Shown: in pieces, positions 50,785 to 60,426 of the stretch | Layout of the letters: each line of letters opens with the position of its first letter | Numbering within the stretch: the first letter of the stretch is position 1 | Assembly: GCA_964390595.1 (NCBI GenBank) | Contig: CAYMIA010000004.1 | Location: 4,023-68,022 of the forward strand | Direction: 5' to 3' | Source: an uncultured Gammaproteobacteria bacterium | GTDB taxonomy: Bacteria > Patescibacteriota > Microgenomatia > Daviesbacterales > UBA10151 | Length of the DNA: 64,000 nt | Translations under genes and position numbers: made by a program | Notes under the pieces: model-generated | Told to the model about the DNA's origin: nothing | The model's input: only the letters and a program-made list of their open reading frames with translations | The model's database searches: none

Positions 50785-51623
50785 GAGCTTTGAATTTTTT
50801 CTTCTTAAAATTTAACGATAACTTATTAACTGATCAAGCTATTTTTAGATCTAGATCGCTAATTTTTTTTGAAAAATTACTCTTTGTAATCCGAAAATAT
50901 CTGACCATTATAACCAATCAGAATCAGATCATTTATTTCAATCATTCTTTTGGGTATGATAATCGATTCACGCCGGCCTTATTGGAATTATACCCTCAGG
51001 AGATTGAAAAGATCGATGAGGTAATCGGACTTAGAAATCAGGTTAACGTTTTGGATATTGGGGCGAACGTTGGACAATGGGGATATACACTGAAATCAAT
51101 TTATCCTAATTTAAATCTATATTCTTTTGAGCCAAATCAGAATATCTTCAAGTTATTAAAAGCCAATTCGAGTTACTTTGAGAATTGGCAGGTGTTTAAC
51201 TATGGAGTAGGTGATAAAAATTCCGCATCAGTACTTTTTTATCAACCAGACGCATCTGCAGAAGGAAGTATTTATGCAGAGGCTGCTTTAGCAGGTAGAT
51301 CACCCGATGGTTTACTAAAGATACCGATAAAATTAATTGGGTTAAATAAAAAAAACATCAGGGAGCTAGGACTTCCCCAAAAATTTGATGTAATAAAAAT
51401 TGATGTTGAAGGGGCAGAGGAGGAGGTATTAGAAATGATTAAATCTGTTCCTTGCCGCTATTTAATTATTGAAGTTTCAGTCAATCGGACTAAAGGGATG
51501 AGTGTTGAAGACGTTAAGCAATTTATTCAGAAAAAGTGGAAAAAACCAGCTAAGTTGTTATTTTGTCATCAGCTTCGTGATGATGCCCCGGCAGCTAATG
51601 CAATTTTCTCTTTTGATGATTAA
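50781..51623 (+). CDS. FkbM-family methyltransferase
   Basis: LDIGANVG, YSFEPN, IKIDVEGAE. Confidence 0.9.
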   Translation: MRALNFFFLKFNDNLLTDQAIFRSRSLIFFEKLLFVIRKYLTIITNQNQIIYFNHSFGYDNRFTPALLELYPQEIEKIDEVIGLRNQVNVLDIGANVGQWGYTLKSIYPNLNLYSFEPNQNIFKLLKANSSYFENWQVFNYGVGDKNSASVLFYQPDASAEGSIYAEAALAGRSPDGLLKIPIKLIGLNKKNIRELGLPQKFDVIKIDVEGAEEEVLEMIKSVPCRYLIIEVSVNRTKGMSVEDVKQFIQKKWKKPAKLLFCHQLRDDAPAANAIFSFDD

Positions 51624-51626
51624 AAA

Positions 51627-52769
51627 ATGAAAAAAATATGGCCCAAGTCAGTTATTCTAACGATTGTTTTAGTAGCTTTTGTGGTCGTACAGCAAGCAAT
51701 TGTATTCCAAAAAAATAGTGATGAAATTCTGAAGCCTTTCTACCCTTTAGTTTATAAAGAGTACAAGGACTTGTACGATCACTCACAGTATATTCAAGAA
51801 AAAAATCCAGTTATCATTCCAGATGAATTTGATTATGCATATGCAGGGTGGGAATATACCCATGGAAGTGATCCTCTGTTAATAAATGCTGAGCAACCTC
51901 CACTAGGAAAGTATATTATCGGTTTTTTGGAAATTGTTTTAAACAGTAGTCGGGTTTCAGGAATTCTATTTAATATCTTGTCGCTAGTTACCTTATTTTT
52001 TTTGAGCAAGTTACTTCTAAAAAATACCAATTGGTCACTTTTGGTGGTGATTTTTTTCCAACTGGAAAAAATCTTTATGGTTCAGGTCCAATATGCGCCA
52101 CTTTTAGATAATATCCAACTTTTGTTTATTTTAAGTAGTTTTGTTTTTTATTTGTTGGGACTTAGAAAAAAGATCTTTTTTATACCAGCCTTTATTTTTT
52201 TGGGACTCTCCATCGCAACTAAATTCTGGATAACTGGGGCGATCATTTTACTAGTCTGGATTTTGCATCAAATAATATTCCGGGGTAAAGTTTTTTTTCA
52301 ATTTTTAATTTTTGCACCAATTAGTTTGCTGGTTTTATTTTTGTCCTATTTAGCATTGCCATTTCACGGCTACCCGCTTTTAAAATTCTTGAGCGTTCAA
52401 AAATATATTTTTGCTTATTTTCACCAAACGATCCGCTTTAATTTTTTCTCTTTTCTAGATCTGGTTTTTTTAAATAGGTGGCATGCTGATGCTGAGCAGG
52501 TTATTAAACCTTCAGTTGACTTTCAAATTAGCTGGCCCGTAATTTTTACTATTTTATTAATCTTTGTAGTCTTCCACCTACGCAAAAAGGACTTTTCAAA
52601 AATGCTTAAGGAACCAATTGGGGTAATTGTAATCTGGGTTTTGGTTTACATTTTATTTTTGTCCTTTGGGTCGATACTAGCTAGGTATTTGTTACCAATT
52701 TTGCCATTTTTATATATACTGTCTTTGAAATTTATCAAAGATAGACTTGCTCAAATTTTTTCTACCTGA
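51627..52769 (+). CDS. compact GT-C, PMT/GT39-like glycosyltransferase
   Basis: PDEFDYAYAG, NAEQPPLGKY (compare the PMT HPPLGK motif), GLSIATK, RYLLP. Confidence 0.72.
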   Translation: MKKIWPKSVILTIVLVAFVVVQQAIVFQKNSDEILKPFYPLVYKEYKDLYDHSQYIQEKNPVIIPDEFDYAYAGWEYTHGSDPLLINAEQPPLGKYIIGFLEIVLNSSRVSGILFNILSLVTLFFLSKLLLKNTNWSLLVVIFFQLEKIFMVQVQYAPLLDNIQLLFILSSFVFYLLGLRKKIFFIPAFIFLGLSIATKFWITGAIILLVWILHQIIFRGKVFFQFLIFAPISLLVLFLSYLALPFHGYPLLKFLSVQKYIFAYFHQTIRFNFFSFLDLVFLNRWHADAEQVIKPSVDFQISWPVIFTILLIFVVFHLRKKDFSKMLKEPIGVIVIWVLVYILFLSFGSILARYLLPILPFLYILSLKFIKDRLAQIFST

Positions 52770-52786
52770 TACTCTTTTAACTACTT

Positions 52787-53905
52787 ATGAAAAAGATTTG
52801 GATTGATGGTTACGAAGCTAATGTGCCAGCGAGGCTGGGTTCAGGTCAGGTGGCCTTTGAGCTTTTAAAAAATATTGCCAAATTTGATCATCAAAATGAG
52901 TACACTATTCTACTGCCTTCTGAGCCGCTTGATGACATGCCAAAACAAAGGCCTGGTTTTTTATATAGAGTTTTACGTCCCAGCCAGTTATGGACTCGAA
53001 TCGCTTTGCCAGTTTCACTTTTTACAGCTAAACAAAAACCAGATGTGATTTTTTCTCCGACTCATTATATTCCGTTTCTCTCGCCTGTTAAAAGGGTAGT
53101 AACTATTTTTGATCTGTCTTATCTTTTTTTCCCAGAACTGTTTAAGAAAAAAGATTTATGGCAACTAACCAATTGGACTGCTACTTCAATTAAAAAAGCC
53201 GATCATATAATTACTATATCTCAAAAAACTAAAAAAGATATTATGACGCGCTACAATGTGAATGCTAGTCGTATTACCGTGGCTTACCCCGGTAAAGACG
53301 AGGAACACTATTTTCCAATTAAGGAAAAAGGGGAAGTTTTGAGGCTGGCTGAAAAATTTGGGATAACTAAGCCCTATCTGATTTTTGTGGGAACGATTCA
53401 ACCCAGAAAAAACTTAGCTAAATTAATTGAGGCGTTTGCCAAAATTGATAATTTACAATTGGTGATTGTGGGAAAGACCACAGGTGATGGGAGGCAGGGT
53501 TGGATGTTTGAGGAGGTGTTGGAGTTGCCTAAAACATTAGGAATTGAGGATCGGGTCATCTTCACTGGTTTTTTAAAAGCCACGGAGGTAAATTTATTGA
53601 TGAATGGGGCAATTTGTTTTTGTCTGCCTTCTTTGTACGAGGGTTTTGGTATTCCAGTAGTTGATGCTATGGCGACCGGTTTGCCTGTAATTGTTTCCAA
53701 CGTTTCTTCTCTGCCTGAAGTGGTTGGCAGATCGGGCTTGTTAGTTGATCCCAAGTCGGTTGATCAGATAGAGCAAGCAATTCGAATTATCAGTAGTGAT
53801 AAGAAGTTGAGGGTTAAGTTAGCTAAAAGAAGTTTAGAGCGGGCTAAGAAATTTTCTTGGGAGAAGATGGCCAGAGAAGTGATTGAGGTTTTGGAGAATA
53901 TATGA
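52787..53905 (+). CDS. GT4 glycosyltransferase, MtfB-like
   Basis: [37 protein letters not shown]. Confidence 0.9.
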   Translation: MKKIWIDGYEANVPARLGSGQVAFELLKNIAKFDHQNEYTILLPSEPLDDMPKQRPGFLYRVLRPSQLWTRIALPVSLFTAKQKPDVIFSPTHYIPFLSPVKRVVTIFDLSYLFFPELFKKKDLWQLTNWTATSIKKADHIITISQKTKKDIMTRYNVNASRITVAYPGKDEEHYFPIKEKGEVLRLAEKFGITKPYLIFVGTIQPRKNLAKLIEAFAKIDNLQLVIVGKTTGDGRQGWMFEEVLELPKTLGIEDRVIFTGFLKATEVNLLMNGAICFCLPSLYEGFGIPVVDAMATGLPVIVSNVSSLPEVVGRSGLLVDPKSVDQIEQAIRIISSDKKLRVKLAKRSLERAKKFSWEKMAREVIEVLENI

Positions 53906-54780
53906 AATTAAGTGTGAGCATTGTCATTCCAAATTGGAATGGTGAGGAAAAATTAAGAAAAAACTTACCCAAAGTGCTAAAAACAAGAGGAGTTCAAGAA
54001 GTGATTGTGGTTGATGATGCTTCACCGGATAAAAGTGTCGAGGTTTTAAAGAATGAATTTTCTGAGGTAGTATTAATTGAAAAAAAGGTTAATACTAGGT
54101 TTGCGGATACTGTTAATTTAGGAGTTAAACGGGCTCGTGGAGAGTTAGTTTTTGTTCTAAATAATGATGCATCGACTAAAGAAGATACTGTTGAGAAAGC
54201 GATTCACCATTTTGAAAATCCGGAAGTTTTTAGCGTCAGTTGTAGCACTGGAGGGAACTGGAGTTGGGCTAAATTTAAAGGGGGCTTTTTTTGGCATTAT
54301 ATGAGTGATCAAAAAAGCGAGGAGGCCCATCAAACTCTTTGGGCATCAGGAGGGAGTGGCATTTTCAGAAGAGATTTATGGGAGAGATTAGGTGGATTTG
54401 ATACGTTATTCGCGCCTTTTTATGAGGAAGATACTGACTTAGGATATCGGGCAACTAAGCGGGGATTTATTAATATCTTCGAGCCAAAGTCAAAAGTTGA
54501 TCACTATAAAGAGGTTGGGGTAAATCAACAATATTTTTCAAAGCAGTTTGTTTCTAAAGTGGCAGAGCGCAATCAATTGTTATTTATTTGGAAAAATATT
54601 CATGATTTAGAGATGATTAGATCTCACATACTCGCTTTAGTAAAAATGTTACTGCTTCATCCAAAATACTGGGTGACTTTTATTTCAGCTTTAACTAAGC
54701 TTCCTAAAGTATTAAAAAAGCGGCAAATTGAAAGAAATTTTATAAAGGTTAGTGATAAGGAGATTCTGACCCATTTCTAG
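53902..54780 (+). CDS. GT2 glycosyltransferase, WbbL-like
   Basis: IVIPNWNG, VDDAS, LNND, GGFDTLFAPFYEEDTD. Confidence 0.9.
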   Translation: MKLSVSIVIPNWNGEEKLRKNLPKVLKTRGVQEVIVVDDASPDKSVEVLKNEFSEVVLIEKKVNTRFADTVNLGVKRARGELVFVLNNDASTKEDTVEKAIHHFENPEVFSVSCSTGGNWSWAKFKGGFFWHYMSDQKSEEAHQTLWASGGSGIFRRDLWERLGGFDTLFAPFYEEDTDLGYRATKRGFINIFEPKSKVDHYKEVGVNQQYFSKQFVSKVAERNQLLFIWKNIHDLEMIRSHILALVKMLLLHPKYWVTFISALTKLPKVLKKRQIERNFIKVSDKEILTHF

Positions 54781-54782
54781 TA

Positions 54783-54788
54783 TATAAT
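54783..54788 (+). promoter_or_regulatory. consensus -10 box (TATAAT) 6 nt before ATG, leaderless-type
   Basis: TATAAT-gaatgt-ATG(54795). Confidence 0.6.
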
Positions 54789-54794
54789 GAATGT

Positions 54795-55436
54795 ATGTTT
54801 TATCTAGAACACATCTCTTTTTCGGCGAGTAAAGGGTTGGTTTTGAAGGACAAGATGGGTCAATCACTAACATTATCTTCAGGCATTGGCAAAATTTTGA
54901 ACAGAGTTTATAATTATATTTTGGATTTGGAGCTTTTGGTTTTAAGAATTGTTAGCTTTTTTCCGTCTTTTTTAGTTCGGAGGTTTTTCTTTGGTTTAGG
55001 AGGAGTAGGGATTGGCAGAAGGGCCTTTATCCATATGGGCGTGGATTTTTTTAATCCCAGAGGAGTCAGAATTGGTGAGGGAAGTATTATTGGCCGGAAT
55101 GCTTTTTTAGATGGGCGGGCCAGGTTGACTATTGGCAAGCATGTCGATATTGCCTCGGATGTAATGATATATAACAGCGAGCATGATATTAACTCAGCTG
55201 ATTTTGTAGCAAATGTGGCTGAAGTTGAAATTGGCGACTTTGCTTTTATCGGACCTAGAGCAATTATCTTACCCGGAGTAAAAGTGGGTAAAGGGGCTGT
55301 TGTTGCAGCTGGGGCGGTGGTGACTCATGATGTGAATGATTTTCAGATAGTTGCTGGAGTGCCGGCTAAAGTGATTGGTGAAAGGGCAAAACAGGATCTC
55401 CATTATAAATTAGGTCGGGCTAGACTTTTTCAATGA
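54795..55436 (+). CDS. hexapeptide-repeat (LbetaH) O-acyltransferase
   Basis: LDGR, IGDFAFIGPRAIILPGVKVGKGAVVAAGAVVT, GVPAK. Confidence 0.92.
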   Translation: MFYLEHISFSASKGLVLKDKMGQSLTLSSGIGKILNRVYNYILDLELLVLRIVSFFPSFLVRRFFFGLGGVGIGRRAFIHMGVDFFNPRGVRIGEGSIIGRNAFLDGRARLTIGKHVDIASDVMIYNSEHDINSADFVANVAEVEIGDFAFIGPRAIILPGVKVGKGAVVAAGAVVTHDVNDFQIVAGVPAKVIGERAKQDLHYKLGRARLFQ

Positions 55437-56026
55437 AGCGCATTATTGTTTGTGGAATTTTATTTGCCATAGGGCTGATCTATATTTTGCTTCCCGCTCC
55501 GAGTTCGATCCAGGAGATCCCTGGAGTTCCCGGATCGCTTAAATCAGATGAACCAGGTGATACTTGGCAGAATCCGAATATTGCTGGTTACTATACAAAC
55601 GCGAGGCGGGCTGAGGTAACCTCGTTTTACAGAGATTCTTTTTGGCAGTTGCATTGCTGTTTGGATTTTAATAATTTTTTGAACCGCATCTTTTTTTTAA
55701 TTCCACCAATTCGAATCAACCGTCCGCCTGAGGAGGCCTATACTTATATCCGGGATCAGCAAAGAAGTACCTACCTTGAGGAGTATTTATATCCTTTGCG
55801 TGAATCTTTGTTTGTTAATGGATATGAACCGTTTGATGAAAATGGTGTTGCCTTTAATAACAAGTCCTTTACAATGTTAATCGATGGAAAAGTTTATGAT
55901 AGTAAGGTGACAATTCGTTACTATCCATCAGCTTGGGGTTCTAGACTGCTAGTTTATTTAGGGATTTGGGCCGGTTTAATTGGTCTATTTATAGTACTGA
56001 GAAGGATTTTTAAGAAAAAATTATGA
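55433..56026 (+). CDS. hypothetical protein with N- and C-terminal TM helices
   Basis: Hydrophobic ends flanking a ~140-aa loop (SDEPGDT, RDQQRSTYLEE, ESLFVNGYEP). Confidence 0.75.
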   Translation: MKRIIVCGILFAIGLIYILLPAPSSIQEIPGVPGSLKSDEPGDTWQNPNIAGYYTNARRAEVTSFYRDSFWQLHCCLDFNNFLNRIFFLIPPIRINRPPEEAYTYIRDQQRSTYLEEYLYPLRESLFVNGYEPFDENGVAFNNKSFTMLIDGKVYDSKVTIRYYPSAWGSRLLVYLGIWAGLIGLFIVLRRIFKKKL

Positions 56027-56060
56027 GGCAAAGCCTCTTTCCTTCGAAAATGAGGCAAAG
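56023..56060. repeat. 17-mer ATGAGGCAAAGCCTCTT (copy 2) plus 11-nt partial copy ATGAGGCAAAG
   Basis: 56023-56039 is identical to 17875-17891; 56050-56060 repeats its first 11 nt. Confidence 0.8.
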
Positions 56061-56081
56061 TTTTTTTAAAAAGGTTAAAAA

Positions 56082-56960
56082 ATGAAAATAGCTGTTAGTA
56101 TTGTCAGTTTTAATACCAGAGATTTACTAAGAAATTGCTTGAGACAGGTGTTCCGGCAAGTGGGGGATTTTAGTTTAGATGTTTGGGTGATCGATAATGC
56201 TTCCTTAGATTTTTCAGCAGAAATGGTCGAGAAAGAGTTCTCTAAAGTTCATCTGATTACAAGTGATAAAAATAGTGGTTTTGCTCGTGGTCATAATCAA
56301 ATTTTAAAACAGATTAAGGCCGATTATGTATTAATACTCAATCCTGATACTAAAATTCCGGAAGACGCAATTACTAAAATGGTTGATTTTATGCAAAAAG
56401 AGAACTGTCAGATCGCTAGTTGCAAAATAATTGGTTTCGATAAAAAGCTCCACTCAAATGGGGGTGATCTACCATTTGGAATGGCTCTTTTTTCCTGGTT
56501 ATTTAATTTGGAAGGCTTGGGGGTAAAACCAAACTTTCACAGACAAGAGGGCGACTATTACCAAAAAGCTCGGGAAGTTGGATGGGTGGGGGGAACTTTT
56601 TTAATGGTTAAACAGGAAGTCTTTTCCAGGACCGGTTTTTTAAATGAGGATTATTTTATGTACTTTGAAGATGTGGATTTTTGTTTTAAGGCCAAGAAGG
56701 CTGGCCTGAAAGTGATGATAAATCCAGGAGTGGTAGTTGAACATGCCAGTGGGGCGAGTTCCTCAGATCCCAGACTTTTTCAATGGAAAAGTGAACTTTG
56801 GGGATTGATCCATTTTTACAAAAAAAACACTTCTGCTTTGGAGGCATTTTTGGTTAAAATTTTAGTATATAAGTCGATCATTTTAAGGATGATTGCTTTT
56901 GGTCTATTGGGGCGGCTCACGGTCGCTAAAACTTATGGAAAAGTTCTGGTCTCGATCTAA
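56082..56960 (+). CDS. GT2 glycosyltransferase, WbbL-like
   Basis: IVSFNT, IDNAS, GFARGHN, LNPD, WVGGTF, YFMYFEDVD. Confidence 0.9.
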   Translation: MKIAVSIVSFNTRDLLRNCLRQVFRQVGDFSLDVWVIDNASLDFSAEMVEKEFSKVHLITSDKNSGFARGHNQILKQIKADYVLILNPDTKIPEDAITKMVDFMQKENCQIASCKIIGFDKKLHSNGGDLPFGMALFSWLFNLEGLGVKPNFHRQEGDYYQKAREVGWVGGTFLMVKQEVFSRTGFLNEDYFMYFEDVDFCFKAKKAGLKVMINPGVVVEHASGASSSDPRLFQWKSELWGLIHFYKKNTSALEAFLVKILVYKSIILRMIAFGLLGRLTVAKTYGKVLVSI

Positions 56961-58371
56961 TATCATTTTTTTTAGTTTGGTAGGGGTACTAATTTTTGTA
57001 ATTTTATACCCTAAGTTTCCGCTGATTAATATCTACGGAACATATGTAGCAGTCCGGGTTGAAGACTTGTTAATCGCCATACTTTTGTTGGCATGGTTTA
57101 TATTAAACTTGAAAAGTTTACCTAGGCTTTTAAAGCAGCCGGTCACTCAAGTGATCTTACTTTTTTGGTTTATAGGATTTTTATCGGTTGTATCGGGAAT
57201 TCTAGTGACTTTTTCAGTTACACCATCGTTAGGTTTCTTGCATTGGTTGCGCCGAATTGAGGTAATGTCTTTGTTTTTTGTAGCGGCCACTTCTTTAAAA
57301 AGTAAACAGCAACTGAAAATAGTTTTAATTAGTTTTGCCTTGGTCAGCGCGATTGTAGTTTTGTATGGGTTGGGACAAGTTTTTCTGCAATTTCCGGTGG
57401 TATCAACTAATAATAAGGAATTTTCTAAGGGGTTGATTTTAAAGTTGACTTCAGGTGCAAGGCCCAATTCGACCTTTGCTGGGCATTATGATCTGGCGGT
57501 TTTTTTGTCAATTGTGTTAATTTTTATGACCAGCTTGTTTTTTTTCATTAGAAAAATTTGGGTCAAAGCTTCGATGTTTATAGTTGGACTTTTGAGTCTC
57601 TTTTTATTAGGTCTAACAGCGGCTAGAATCTCATTTGCGGCAACGGTTTTTGGGATTGGGGGAATTTTTTGGTTGTCTGGTAAAAAGATGTTTATTATTG
57701 CGCTTTTGGCAGTGACAATTTTAACGGTTTTGACAATACCTCAATTGAGGAATAGGCTTCTAGCAACGATTACGATTAACGTTTTGCACAATACTGGTCC
57801 GACTTATCAACCAAAAGCGAGTGCCCCTTTGGTTGACCGGCGACAAATTACCTCAGAAGCGGAGTTATTAGATGTAATAAAAAAAGAGGCGACGTTGTCA
57901 GCAAGTAAAAGTGGAGTACCCGTGGATATAGTTCCGGGGGAGCCAACTAATTACAATGAGTTGGATGTGGCCAGATCTTTGAACATCCGAACTGAGGTGG
58001 AGTGGCCAAGGGCAATTGCCGCGTTTGAGAAAAATCCAGCTTTGGGGACTGGTTATTCGTCTTTAACGATTGCCACAGATAATGATATTTTAAGATCGTT
58101 TGGGGAAACAGGAGTTTTGGGGACGGTCTTTTTAGGGGCAGTTTTCCTAGTTATTTTAAGAGAGTTTTTGGGTTACTTGAAAAAGTTAAAAACTTTAAAG
58201 ATTGAGTCATCTAAATTAGAGAATGTTTATATAATTTCAGCGGTATCTGTCGTTGGGGCAGTTTTTATTACCGGGCTATTTATTGATGTTTTAGAGGCTT
58301 CGAAGATTGCGATTCTTTTTTGGATCATGCTTGGGTTTGGTTGGGCGATTGTTCGAGATTACCGGGATTAA
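56935..58371 (+). CDS. O-antigen ligase / Wzy_C family membrane protein
   Basis: Likely ATG 56935. About 12 TM, RPNSTFAGH, LTAARIS, large loop, R..W..A..F.KNPALGTG, DNDILR..GETGVLG. Confidence 0.82.
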   Translation: MEKFWSRSNIIFFSLVGVLIFVILYPKFPLINIYGTYVAVRVEDLLIAILLLAWFILNLKSLPRLLKQPVTQVILLFWFIGFLSVVSGILVTFSVTPSLGFLHWLRRIEVMSLFFVAATSLKSKQQLKIVLISFALVSAIVVLYGLGQVFLQFPVVSTNNKEFSKGLILKLTSGARPNSTFAGHYDLAVFLSIVLIFMTSLFFFIRKIWVKASMFIVGLLSLFLLGLTAARISFAATVFGIGGIFWLSGKKMFIIALLAVTILTVLTIPQLRNRLLATITINVLHNTGPTYQPKASAPLVDRRQITSEAELLDVIKKEATLSASKSGVPVDIVPGEPTNYNELDVARSLNIRTEVEWPRAIAAFEKNPALGTGYSSLTIATDNDILRSFGETGVLGTVFLGAVFLVILREFLGYLKKLKTLKIESSKLENVYIISAVSVVGAVFITGLFIDVLEASKIAILFWIMLGFGWAIVRDYRD

Positions 58372-58372
58372 T

Positions 58373-59563
58373 ATGAGAATTTTAATGTTAACTCCATATC
58401 TGCCTTATCCGCCTTCCTCGGGAGGGCAGATCCGCAGTTACAACCTGATCAAGCAACTGTCAGTTGATCACCAGATAACTCTTTGCTCACTGATAAAATC
58501 TGATGGTGACAAAAAGTATATTGATAAATTAAAACCTTTTTGCAAGGAGGTCTTTGTTTTTAAAAGAGCTGAAAAACCATGGACTTTAAAAAATATTTTA
58601 AAGACTGGCTTTTCTAGTTTCCCTTTTTTGGTGATTAGAAACTATTCTGATGAAGAAAAAAAAGCACTGCCGGAGATAATCGGCAGAGGTGATTTTGATA
58701 TTATTCATGCTGAAACTTTTTATGTGAGTCCCCATATTCCCAAGGTTGGTATTCCCGTTGTATTGGTTGACCAGACGATTGAATATGATGTTTACCGTCA
58801 TGTAGCCAAAAACTTTAAGTTTCCAGCTCTTAAGCCAATGCTTTGGGTGGATGTTTTAAAGATTAAGTATTGGGAGAGTTTTTATTGGAAGAAAGCTGCC
58901 CGGGTGGTGGCAGTTTCAGAACAAGATGCCAAGGTGATGAAAAAAATGGTACCGGGGTTAAAGGTAGCAGTTGTTCCGAATGGAGTTGGAGAAGATTTAT
59001 CTGCTGACTTGCCAAGTCATTTTAATAAGACCGCCTTGTTTATGGGCAACTATGCTTGGCTGCAAAATATTGAAGCGGCCAGAATTTTAGCTAAAGAAAT
59101 TTTCCCTCTAATTTTAAAAGAGGTACCAGATGCCAAATTGGTAATTGCTGGCCAAGATACTAACAAGATCGCTGGTTTGCAATCAGATCAAATTAACTTG
59201 TTGAATTTGTCAGCAGATGATGTAGAGGGTGTCAAGAGAGCTTACAGGGAGAGTGGGGTTTTAATTGCTCCTCTCTATGGGCCGGGGGGGACTAGACTAA
59301 AGATATTGGGGGCGATGGCTTCCCGGTTACCGGTAGTGACTACTACGGTTGGGATATCGGGGATAGATGCCATTAATGGTGAGTCAGTATTAGTAGCTGA
59401 TAAAAAAGAGGATATCGCCAAATTGGCAGTCAAACTGTTTAATGACCGGAAGCTTTATGAAAAAATTGAGAAAAATGCGAGGATGCTAGTTGATTCTAAA
59501 TATTCGTATGAGGCGATCGCCAAAAAGTTAAGTAGTGTTTATGCGGAGGTTACCCGTGGCTAA
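58373..59563 (+). CDS. GT4 glycosyltransferase
   Basis: Likely ATG 58373. PYPPSSGGQIR, VVPNGV, FMGNY, GGTRLKILGAMA. Confidence 0.88.
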   Translation: MRILMLTPYLPYPPSSGGQIRSYNLIKQLSVDHQITLCSLIKSDGDKKYIDKLKPFCKEVFVFKRAEKPWTLKNILKTGFSSFPFLVIRNYSDEEKKALPEIIGRGDFDIIHAETFYVSPHIPKVGIPVVLVDQTIEYDVYRHVAKNFKFPALKPMLWVDVLKIKYWESFYWKKAARVVAVSEQDAKVMKKMVPGLKVAVVPNGVGEDLSADLPSHFNKTALFMGNYAWLQNIEAARILAKEIFPLILKEVPDAKLVIAGQDTNKIAGLQSDQINLLNLSADDVEGVKRAYRESGVLIAPLYGPGGTRLKILGAMASRLPVVTTTVGISGIDAINGESVLVADKKEDIAKLAVKLFNDRKLYEKIEKNARMLVDSKYSYEAIAKKLSSVYAEVTRG

Positions 59564-60425
59564 GCTGTCAATAATAGTTGTCAATTATAATGCGGGGGAT
59601 TATTTATTAGCTTGTTTGCGGTCAATTCAGCGGGTTTCAAAAGAGGTAGATCTAGTTACTTATGTTGTGGATAATGCATCAACGGATGATAGTATTGAAA
59701 AGATTAAAAAAAAGAATTTTAAAATACATTTGAAATTAAATGAGGAAAATTTGGGCTTTGGGAGAGCGAATAATCAAATTCTAAAGGAGATTACCTCGGG
59801 GTTTGTATTGTTACTGAATCCTGATACTGAGCTTGAGGAAGGAGTTTTACTAAAAATGATTCAGTTTATGGAAGAGAACGAGGATGTGGGAGCGGCCACT
59901 TGTAAAATTTTGTTAGCCAATGGCAAAGTTGATTTAACTGCTCATAGGGGATTTCCAACTCCCTGGGCGTCATTGCTTTATTTTTTAGGTGATGATAGTT
60001 TGTATCATTTATCCAAAAAAGATATGAGTCAACCTCACGAAGTTGATGCGATTTCTGGAGCTTTTTTTCTAGCTAGAACTGAAGTTTTAAAAAAAGTTAA
60101 ATACTTTGATGAAGATTACTTTATGTATGCTGAAGATATTGATCTTTGCTACAAAATTAAGCAAGCTGGTTTTAAAGTCATGTATATACCCTCAGTTAAG
60201 ATCTTGCATCATAAAGGAGTATCAAGTGGTTTAAAAAAGCAGACTCAAGAGGTTAGCTCGGCCAATTTTGAAACGAGAAGGCGTTCCTTAAATGCCTTTT
60301 ATTCAACCATGAAAATCTTTTACAAAAAGCACTACGCGGAAAAATATCCCTTCTTTGTTAATTGGCTGATTTATTTAGCGATTAACATCAAATGGTGGTT
60401 GGCTAAAAGAAAGTTAACAGTCTAG
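59556..60425 (+). CDS. GT2 glycosyltransferase, WbbL-like
   Basis: Likely GTG 59556. IIVVNYN, VDNAS, NLGFGRANN, LNPD, ISGAF, FDEDYFMYAEDID. Confidence 0.9.
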   Translation: MAKLSIIVVNYNAGDYLLACLRSIQRVSKEVDLVTYVVDNASTDDSIEKIKKKNFKIHLKLNEENLGFGRANNQILKEITSGFVLLLNPDTELEEGVLLKMIQFMEENEDVGAATCKILLANGKVDLTAHRGFPTPWASLLYFLGDDSLYHLSKKDMSQPHEVDAISGAFFLARTEVLKKVKYFDEDYFMYAEDIDLCYKIKQAGFKVMYIPSVKILHHKGVSSGLKKQTQEVSSANFETRRRSLNAFYSTMKIFYKKHYAEKYPFFVNWLIYLAINIKWWLAKRKLTV

Positions 60426-60426
60426 T

